From the human T2T-CHM13v2.0 reference genome, Homo sapiens: a stretch of 64,000 nt of DNA. Shown piece after piece: positions 1 through 11,585 of this stretch. The notes under the pieces were generated by a model. That model searched no databases and was not told the origin of the DNA. It was given only the letters and a program-made list of their open reading frames with translations. Positions within the stretch are counted from its first letter, which is position 1; the number at the start of each line of letters is the position of its first letter. The stretch lies in the NCBI RefSeq assembly GCF_009914755.1, contig NC_060925.1. One strand, given 5' to 3'. A program made the translations under genes and the position numbers.

Positions 1-353
1 ATAGAATCGAATGGAATTATCATCGAATGGAATCGAATGGTATCAACATCAAACGGAAAATAACGGAATTATCGAATGGAATCGAAGAGAATCATCGAAC
101 GGACCCGAATGGAATCATCTAATGGAATAGAATGGAATAATCCACGGACTCGAATGCAATCATCGTCGAATGGAATCGAATAGAATAATCGAATGGACTC
201 GAATGGAATAATCATTGAACAGAATAGAATGGAATCATCATCGGATGGAAACGAATGGAAGCATCATCGAATGGAATCAAATAGAATTATGGAATGAAAT
301 CCAGTGTGATCATCATCGAATGGACCCGAATGGAATCATCATCCAACGGAAGC

Positions 354-364
354 TAATGGAATCA
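354..364 (+). promoter_or_regulatory. TAATGGAATCA, a match to the DUX4 consensus TAAYBBAATCA (representative; usually two per unit)
   Basis: Seen in GCTAATGGAATCAAC (354-364) and TCTAATGGAATCATT (e.g. 2407-2417), recurring with the unit. DUX4 binding and activation of HSATII is established; occupancy of these particular sites is not shown. Confidence 0.4.
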
Positions 365-3300
365 ACATCGAATGAATCAAATGGAAACACCATCGAATTG
401 AAACGAATGGAATTACCATGAAATTGAAATGGATGGACTCATCATCAAATGGATTCGAATGGAATCATCGAATAAAATTGATTGAAATCATCATCGAATG
501 GAATCGAATGGTATCATTGAATGGAATCGAATGGAATCATCATCAGATGGAAATGAATGGAATCGTCATAGAATGGAATCGAATGGATTCATTGAATGGA
601 ATCAGATGGAATCATTGAATGGACTGGAATGGAATCATTGAATGGACTCGAAAGGGATCATTATTGAATGGAATTGAATGGAATCATCGAATGGTCTCGA
701 TTGGAATCATTATCAAATGGAATCGAATGGAATCACCGAATAGAATCGAATGGAACAATCATCGAATGGACTCAAATGGAATTATCCTCCAATGGAATGG
801 AATGGAATTATCGAATGCAATCGAATGGAATTATCGAATGCAATCGAATAGAATCATCGAATGGACTCGAATGGAATCATCGAATGGAATGGAATGGAAC
901 AGTCAATGAACTCGAATGGAATCATCATTGAATGGAATCGAATGGAATCATCGAGTGGAATCGAATGGAATTATGATCAAATGGAATCGAATGTAATCAT
1001 CATCAAATGGAATCAAAAATAACCATCATCAATTGGTATTGAATGGAATTGTCATCAAATGGAATTCAAAGGAATCATCATCAAATGGAACCGAATGGAA
1101 TCCTCATTGAATGGAAATGAAAGGGGTCATCATCTAATGGAATCGCATGGAATCATCATCAAATGGAATCGAATGGAATCATCATCAAATGGAATCAAAT
1201 GGAATCATTGAACGGAATTGAATGGAATCGTCATCGAATGAATTCAATGCAATCATCGAATGGTCTCGAATGGAATCATCTTCAAATGGAATGGAATGGA
1301 ATCATCGCATAGAATCGAGTGGAATTATCATCGAATGGAGTCGAATGGAATCAACATCAAACGGAAAAAAACGGAATTATCGAATGGAATCGAAGAGAAT
1401 CTTCGAACGGACCCGAATGGAATCACCTAATGGAATGGAATGGAATAATCCATGGACTCGAATGCAATCATCATCGAATGGAATCGAATGGAATCATCAA
1501 ATGGACTCGAATGGAATAAAAATTCAACGGAATCGAATGGAATCATCATCGGATGGAAATGAATTGAATCATCATCCAACGGAAGCTAATGGAATCAACA
1601 TCGAATGTATCGAATGGAAACACCATCGAATTGAAACGAATGGAATTATCATGAAATTGAAATGGATGGACTCATCATCGAATGGATTCGAATGGAATCA
1701 TCGAATAAAATTGATTGAAATCATCATCGAATGGAATCGAATGGTATCATTGAATGGAATCGAATGGAATCATCATCAGATGGAAATGAATGGAATCGTC
1801 ATAGAATGGAATCGAATGGATTCATTGAATGGAATCAGATGGAATCATCGAATGGACTAGAATGGAATCATTGAATTTACTCGAAAGGGATCATTATTGA
1901 ATGGAATTGAATGGAATTATCGAATGGTCTCGATTGGAATCATTATCAAATGGAATCGAATGGAATCACCGAATAGAATCGAATGCAAGAATCATCGAAT
2001 CGACTCAAATGGAATCATCCTCAAATGGAATGGAATGGAATTATCGAATGCAATCGAATAGAATCATCGAATGGACTCGAATGGAATCATCGAATGGAAT
2101 GGAATGGAACAGTCAATGAACTCGAATGGAATCATCATTGAATGGAATCGAATGGAATCATCGAGTGGAATCGAATGGAATTATGATCAAATGGAATCGA
2201 ATGTAATCATCATCAAATGGAATCAAAAATAACCATCATCAATTGGTATTGAATGGAATTGTCATCAAATGGAATTCAAAGGAATCATCATCAAATGGAA
2301 CAGAATGGAATCCTCATTGAATGGAAATGAAAGGGGTCATCATCTAATGGAATCGCATGGAATCATCATCAAATGGAATCGAATGGAATCATCATCAAAT
2401 GGAATCTAATGGAATCATTGAACAGAATTGAATGGAATCGTCATCGAATGAATTGAATGCAATCATCGAATGGTCTCGAATGGAATCATCTTCTAATGGA
2501 AAGGAATGGAATCATCGCATAGAATCGAATGGAATTATCATCGAATGGAATCGAATGGTATCAACACCAAACGGAAAAAAACGGAATTATCGAATGGAAT
2601 CGAAGAGAATCTTCGAACGGACCCGAATGGAATCATCTAATGGAATGGAATGGAATAATCCATGGACTCGAATGCAATCATCATCGAATGGAATCGAATG
2701 GAATCATCGAATGGACTCGAATGGAATAATCATTGAACGGAATCGAATGGAATCATCATCGGATGGAAACGAATGGAATCATCATCGAATGGAAATGAAA
2801 GGAGTCATCATCTAATGGAATTGCATGGAATCATCATAAAATGGAATCGAATGGAATCAACATCAAATGGAATCAAATGGAATCATTGAACGGAATTGAA
2901 TGGAATCGTCATCGAATGAATTGAATGCAATCATCGAATGGTCTCGAATGGAATCATCTTCAAATGGAATGGAATGGAATCATCGCATAGAATCGAATGG
3001 AATTATCATCGAATGGAATCGAATGGAATCAACATCAAACGGAAAAAAACGGAATTATCGAATGGAATCGAAGAGAATCATCGAATGGACCCGAATGGAA
3101 TCATCTAATGGAATGGAATGGAATAATCCATGGACTCGAATGCAATCATCATCGAATGGAATCGAATGGAATCATCGAATGGACTCGAATGGAATAATCA
3201 TTGAACGGAATCGAATGGAATCATCATCGGATGGAAATGAATGGAATCATCATCCAATGGTATAGAATAGAAATATGGAATGAAATCCAGTGTGATCATC

Positions 3301-4599
3301 ATCGAATGGACCCGAATGGAATCATCATCCATCGGAAGCAAATGGAATCAACATCGAATGAATCGAATGGAAACACCATCGAATTGAAACGAATGGAATT
3401 ATCATGAAATTGAAATGGATGGACTCATCATCGAATGGATTCGAATGGAATCATCGAATAAAATTGATTGAAATCATCATCAAATGGAATCGAATGGTAT
3501 CATTGAATGGAATCGAATGGAATCATCATCAGATGGAAATGAATGGAATCGTCATAGAATGGAATCGAATGGATTCATTGAATGGAATCAGATGGAATCA
3601 TCGAATGGACTGGAATGGAATCATTGAATGGACTCGAAAGGGATCATTATTGAATGGAATTGAATGGAATCATCGAATGGTCTCGATTGGAATTATTATC
3701 AAATGGAATCGAATGGAATCACCGAATAGAATCGAATGGAACAATCATCGAATGGAGTCAAATGGAATTATCCTCAAATGGAATCGAATGGAATTATCGA
3801 ATGCAATCAAATGGAATTATCGAATGCAATCGAATAGAATCACCGAATGGACTCGAATGGAATCATCGAATGGAATGGAATGGAAAAGTCAATGAACACG
3901 AATGGAATCATCACTGAATGGAATCGAATGGAATCATCGAGTGGAATCGAATGGAATTATGATCAAATGGAATCGAATGTAATCATCATCAAATGGAATC
4001 AAAAATAACCATCATCAATTGGTATTGAATGGAATTGTTATCAAATGGAATTCAAAGGAATCATCATCAAATGGAACTGAATGGAATCCTCATTGAATGG
4101 AAATGAAAGGGGTCATCATCTAATGGAATAGCATGGAATAATCATCAAATGGAATCGAATGGAATCATCATCAAATGGAATCTAATGGAAACATTGAACA
4201 GAATTGAATGGAATCGTCATCGAATGAATTGAATGCAATCATCGAATGGTCTCGAATGGAATCATCTTCTAATGGAAAGGAATGGAATCATCGCTTAGAA
4301 TCGAATGGAATTAACATTGAATGGACTCGAATGAAATCAACATCAAATGGAATCAAGCGGAATTATAGAATGAAATCGAAGAGAATCATCGAATGGACTC
4401 GAATGGAATCATCTAATGGAATGGAATGGAATAATCCACGGACTCGAATGCAATCATCATAGTATAGAATCGAATGGAATCATCGAATGGACTCGAATGG
4501 AATAACCATTGAACGGAATCGAATGGAATCATCATCGGATGGAAACGAATGGAATCATCATCGAATGGAAATGAAAGGAGTCATCATCTAATGGAATTG

Positions 4600-7500
4600 C
4601 ATGGAATCATCATAAAATGGAATCGAATGGAATCATCATCAAATGGAATCAAATGGAAGCATTGAACGGAATTGAATGGAATCGTCATCGAATGAATTGA
4701 ATGCAATCATCAAATGGTCTCGAATGGAATCATCTTCAAATGGAATGGAATGGAATCATCGCATACAATCGAATGGAATTATCATCGAATGGAATCGAAT
4801 AGTATCAACATCAAAAGGAAAAAAACGGAATTACCGAATGGAATCGAAGAGAATCTTCGAACGGACCCGAATGGAATCATCTAATGGAATGGAATGGAAT
4901 AATCCATGGACTCGAATGCAATCATCATCGAATGGAATCGAATGGAATCATCGAATTGACTCGAATGGAATAATCATTGAACGGAATCGAATGGAATCAT
5001 CATCGGATGGAAATGAATGGAATCATCATCGAATGGAATCGAATAGAATTATGGAATGAAATCCAGTGTGATCATCATCGAATGGACCCGAATGGAATCA
5101 TCATCCAACGGAAGCTAATGGAATCAACATCGAATGAATCGAATGGAAACACCATCGAATTGAAACGAATGGAATTATCATGAAATTGAAATGGATGGAC
5201 TCATCATCGAATGGATTCGAATGGAATCATCGAATAAAATTGATTGAAATCATCATCGAATGGAATCGAATGGTATCATTGAATGGAATCGAATGGAATC
5301 ATCATCAGATGGAAATGAATGGAATCGTCATAGAATGGAATCGAATGGATTCATTGAATGGAATCAGATGGAATCATCGAATGGACTGGAATGGAATCAT
5401 TGAATGGACTCGAAAGGGATCATTATTGAATGGAATTGAATGGAATCATCGAATGGTCTCGATTGGAATCATTATCAAATGGAATCGAATGGAATCACCG
5501 AATAGAATCGAATGGAAAAATCATCGAATGGACTCAAATGGAATTATCCTCAAATGGAATCGAATGGAATTATCGAATGCAATCGAATGGAATTATCGAA
5601 TGCAATCGAATAGAATCATCGAATGGACTCGAATGGAATCATCGAATGGAATGGAATGGAACAGTCAATGAACTCGAATGGAATCATCATTGAATGGAAT
5701 CGAATGGAATCATCGAGTGGAATCGAATGTAATCATCATCAAATGGAATCAAAAATAACCATCATCAAATGGAATCAAAAATAACCATCATCAATTGGTA
5801 TTGAATGGAATTGTCATCAAATGGAATTCAAAGGAATCATCATCAAATGGAACCGAATGGAATCCTCATTGAATGGAAATGAAAGGGGTCATCATCTAAT
5901 GGAATCGCATGGAATCATCATAAAATGGAATCGAATGGAATCAACATCAAATGGAATCAAATGGAATCATTGAACGGAATTGAATGGAATCATCATCGAA
6001 AGAATTGAATGCAATCATCGAATGGTCTCGAATGGAATCATCTTCAAATGGAATGGAATGGAATCATCGCATAGAATCGAAAGGAATTATCATCGAATGG
6101 AATCGAATGGAATCAACACCAAACGGAAAAAAACGGAATTATCGAATGGAATCGAAGAGAATCATCGAATGGACCCGAATGGAATCATCTAATGGAATGG
6201 AATGGAATAATCCATGGACTCGAATGCAATCATCATCGAATGGAATCGAATGGAACCATCGAATGGACTCGAATGGAATAATCATTGAACGGAATCGAAT
6301 GGAATCATCATCGGATGGAAACGAATGGAATCATCAACGAATGGAATCGAATAGAATTATGGAATGAAATCCAGTGTGATCATCATCGAATGGACCCGAA
6401 TGGAATCATCATCCAACGGAAGCTAATGGAATCAACATAGAATGAATCAAATGGAAACACCATCGAATTGAAACGAATGGAATTACCATGAAATTGAAAT
6501 GGATGGACTCATCATCAAATGGATTCGAATGGAATCATCGAATAAAATTGATTGAAATCATCATCGAATGGAATCGAATGGTATCATTGAATGGAATCGA
6601 ATGGAATCATCATCAGATGGAAATGAATGGAATCGTCATAGAATGGAATCGAATGGATTCATTGAATGGAATCAGATGGAATCATTGAATGGACTGGAAT
6701 GGAACCATTGAATGGACTCGAAAGGGATCATTATTGAATGGAATTGAATGGAATCATCGAATGGTCTCGATTGGAATCATTATCAAATGGAATCGAATGG
6801 AATCACCGAATAGAATCGAATGGAACAATCATCGAATGGACTCAAATGGAATTATCCTCTAATGGAATCGAATGGAATTATCGAATACAATCGAATGGAA
6901 TTATCGAATGCAATCGAATAGAATCATCGAATGGACTCGAATGGAATCATCGAATGGAATGGAATGGAACAGTCAATGAACTCGAATGGAATCATCATTG
7001 AATGGAATCGAATGGAATCATCGAGTGGAATCGAAAGGAATTATGACCAAATGGAATCGAATGTAATCATCATCAAATGGAATCAAAAATAACCATCATC
7101 AATTGGTATTGAATGGAATTGTCATCAAATGGAATTCAAAGGAATCATCATCAAATGGAACCGAATGGAATCCTCATTGAATGGAAATGAAAGGGTTCAT
7201 CATCTAATGGAATCGCATGGAATCATCATCAAATGGAATCGAATGGAATCATCATCAAATGGAATCTAATGGAATCATTGAACAGAATTGAATGGAATCG
7301 TCATCGAATGAATTGAATGCAATCATCGAATGGTCTCGAATGGAATCATCTTGTAATGGAAAGGTATGGAATCATCGCATAGAATCGAATGGAATTATCA
7401 TCGAATGGAATCGAATGGTATCAACAACAAACGGAAAAAAACGGAATTATCGAATGGAATCGAAGAGAATCTTCGAACGGACCCGAATGGAATCATCTAA

Positions 7501-10500
7501 TGGAATGGAATGGAATAATCCATGGACTCGAATGCAATCATCATCGAATGGAGTCGAATGGAATCATCGAATGGACTCGAATGGAATAATCATTGAACGG
7601 AATCGAATGGAATCATCATCGGATGGAAACGAATAGAATCATCATCGAATGGAAATGAAAGCAGTCATCATCTAATGGAATTGCATGGAATCATCATAAA
7701 ATGGAATCGAATGGAATCATCATCAAATGGAATCAAATGGAAGCATTGAACGTAATTGAATGGAATCGTCATCGAATGAATTGAATGCAATCATCGAATG
7801 GTCTCGAATGGAATCATCTTCAAATGGAATGGAATGGAATCATCGCATACAATCGAATGGAATTATCATCGAATGGAATCGAATGGTATCAACATCAAAC
7901 GGAAAAAAACGGAATTACCGAATGGAATCGAAGAGAATCTTCGAACGGACCCGAATGGAATCATCTAATGGAATGGAATGGAATAATCCATGGACTCGAA
8001 TGCAATCATCATCGAATGGAATCGAATGGAATCATCGAATGGACTCGAATGGAATAATCATGGAACGGAATCGAATGGAATCATCATCGGATGGAAATGA
8101 ATGGAATCATCATCGAATGGAATCGAATAGAATTATGGAATGAAATCCAGTGTGATCATCATCGAATGGACCCGAATGGAATCATCATCCAACGGAAGCT
8201 AATGGAATCAACATCGAATGAATCGAATGGAAACACCATCGAATTGAAACGAATGGAATTATCATGAAATTGAAATGGATGGACTCATCATCGAATGGAT
8301 TCGAATGGAATCATCGAATAAAATTGATTGAAATCATCATCAAATGGAATCGAATGGTATCATTGAATGGAATCGAATGGAATCATCATCAGATGGAAAT
8401 GAATGGAATCGTCATAGAATGGAATCGAATGGATTCATTGAATGGAATCAGATGGAATCATCGAATGGACTGGAATGGAATCATTGAATGGACTCGAAAG
8501 GGATCATTATTGAATGGAATTGAATGGAATCATCGAATGGTCTCGATTGGAATTATTACCAAATGGAATCGAATGGAATCACCGAATAGAATCGAATGGA
8601 ACAATCATCGAATGGACTCAAATGGAATTATCCTCAAATGGAATCGAATGGAATTATCAAATGCAATCGAATGGAATTATCGAATGCATTCGAATAGAAT
8701 CATCGAATGGACTCGAATGGAATCATCGAATGGAATGGAATGGAACAGTCAATGAACTCGAATGGAATCATCATTGAATGGAATCGAATGGAATCATCGA
8801 GTGGAATCGAATGTAATCATCATCAAATGGAATCAAAAATAACCATCATCAAATGGAATCAAAAATAACCATCATCAATTGGTATTGAATGGAATTGTCA
8901 TCAAATGGAATTCAAAGGAATCATCATCAAATGGAACCGAATGGAATCCTCATTGAATGGAAATGAAAGGGGTCATCATCTAATGGAATCGCATGGAATC
9001 ATCATAAAATGGAATCGAATGGAATCAACATCAAATGGAATCAAATGGAATCATTGAACGGAATTGAATGGAATCGTCATCGAAAGAATTGAATGCAATC
9101 ATCGAATGGTCTCGAATGGAATCATCTTCAAATGGAATGGAATGGAATCATCGCATAGAATCGAAAGGAATTATCATCGAATGGAATCGAATGGAATCAA
9201 CACCAAACGGAAAAAAACGGAATTATCGAATGGAATCGAAGAGAATCATCGAATGGACCCGAATGGAATCATCTAATGGAATGGAATGGAATAATCCATG
9301 GACTCGAATGCAATCATCATCGAATGGAATCGAATGGAATCATCGAATGGACTCGAATGGAATAATCATTGAACGGAATCGAATGGAATCATCATCGGAT
9401 GGAAACGAATGGAATCATCATCGAATGGAATCGAATAGAATTATGGAATGAAATCCAGTGTGATCATCATCGAATGGACCCGAATGGAATCATCATCCAA
9501 CGGAAGCTAATGGAATCAACATCGAATGAATCAAATGGAAACACCATCGAATTGAAACGAATGGAATTACCATGAAATTGAAGTGGATGGACTCATCTTC
9601 AAATGGATTCGAATGGAATCATCGAATAAAATTGATTGAAATCATCATCGAATGGAATCGAATGGTATCATTGAATGGAATCGAATGGAATCATCATCAG
9701 ATGGAAATGAATGGAATCGTCATAGAATGGAATCGAATGGATTCATTGAATGGAATCAGATGGAATCATTGAATGGACTGGAATGGAATCATTGAATGGA
9801 CTCGAAAGGGATCATTATTGAATGGAATTGAATGGAATCATCGAATGGTCTCGATTGGAATCATTATCAAATGGAATCGAATGGAATCACCGAATAGAAT
9901 CGAATGGAACAATCATCGAATGGACTCAAATGGAATTATCCTCTAATGGAATCGAATGGAATTATCGAATGCAATCGAATGGAATTATCGAATGCAATCG
10001 AATAGAATCATCGAATGGACTCGAATGGAATCATCGAATGGAATGGAATGGAACAGTCAATGAACTCGAATGGAATCATCATTGAATGGAATCGAATGGA
10101 ATCATCGAGTGGAATCGAAAGTAATTATGACCAAATGGAATCGAATGTAATCATCATCAAATGGAATCAAAAATAACCATCATCAATTGGTATTGAATGG
10201 AATTGTCATCAAATGGAATTCAAAGGAATCATCATCAAATGGAACCGAATGGAATCCTCATTGAATGGAAATGAAAGGGTTCATCATCTATTGGAATCGC
10301 ATGGAATCATCATCAAATGGAATCGAATGGAATCATCATCAAATGGAATCTAATGGAATCATTGAACAGAATTGAATGGAATCGTCATCGAATGAATTGA
10401 ATGCAATCATCGAATGGTCTCGAATGGAATCATCTTGTAATGGAAAGGAATGGAATCATCGCATAGAATCGAATGGAATTATCATCGAATGGAATCGAAT

Positions 10501-10655
10501 GGTATCAACACCAAACGGAAAAAAACGGAATTATCGAATGGAATCGAAGAGAATCTTCGAACGGACCCGAATGGAATCATCTAATGGAATGGAATGGAAT
10601 AATCCATGGACTCGAATGCAATCATCATCGAATGGAATCGAATGGAATCATCGAA
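4600..10655 (+). repeat. Two tandem copies of a 3,084-bp higher-order dimer (1,776 + 1,308 bp); ends approximate
   Basis: Private variants recur at +3,084: GCATACAATC (~4766/7850), TTACCG (~4834/7918), doubled AAAAATAACC (~5751/8835), CGAAAGAATTG (~6000/9084), ATGACC (~7046/10130), CTTGTAA (~7353/10437). Confidence 0.9.
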
Positions 10656-10970
10656 TGAACTCGAATGGAATCATCATTGAATGGAATCGAATGGAATCAT
10701 CGAGTGGAATCGAATGGAATTATGATCAAATGGAATCGAATGTAATCATCATCAAATGGAATCAAAAATAACCATCATCAATTGGTATTGAATGGAATTT
10801 TCATCAAATGGAATTCAAAGGAATCATCATCAAATGGAACTGAATGGAATCCTCATTGAATGGAAATGAAAGGGGTCATCATCTAATGGAATCGCATGGA
10901 ATCATCATCAAATGGAATCGAATGGAATCATCATCAAATGGAATCTGATGGAATCATTGAACAGAATTGA

Positions 10971-11585
10971 ATGGAATCGTCATCGAATGAATTGAATGCA
11001 ATCATCGAATGGTCTCGAATGTAATCACATTCTAATGGAAAGGAATGGAATCATCGCATAGAATCGAATGGAATTAACATTGAATGGACTCGAATGGAAT
11101 CAACATCAAAAGGAATCAAGCGGAATTATCGAATGGAATCGAAGAAAATCATCGAATGGTCTCGAATGGAATCATCTTCTAATGGAAAGGAATGGAATCA
11201 TCGCATAGAATCGAATGGAATTAACATTGAATGGACTCGAATGGAATCAACATCAAATGGAATCAAGCGGAATTATCGAATGAAATCGAAGAGAATCATC
11301 GAATGGACTCGAATGGAATCATCTAATGGAATGGAATGGAATAATCCACGGACTCGAATGCAATCATCATCGTATAGAATCGAATGGAATCATCGAATGG
11401 ACTCGAATGGAATAACCATTGAACGGAATCGAATGGAATCATCATCGGATGGAAACGAATGGAATCATCATCGAATGGAAATGTAAGGAGTCATCATCTA
11501 AGGGAATTGCATGGAATCATCATAAAATGGAATCGAATGGAATCATCATCAAATGGAATCAAATGGAATCATTGAACGGAATTGA
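10971..11585 (+). repeat. Divergent 'C-type' subrepeat, 615 bp (468 bp + internal 147-bp tandem duplication)
   Basis: TTAACATTGAATGGACTCG at 11074 and 11221 (147 bp apart). GGAATCAAGCGG replaces CGGAAAAAAACGG. Also GTAATCACATTC and CGTATAGAATC. Confidence 0.88.

Noticed and set aside
1222-1860. Longest ORF (212 aa) as a possible gene
   Set aside because: It results from an in-frame 75-bp deletion that fuses two repeat pseudo-ORFs; the sequence is low complexity.
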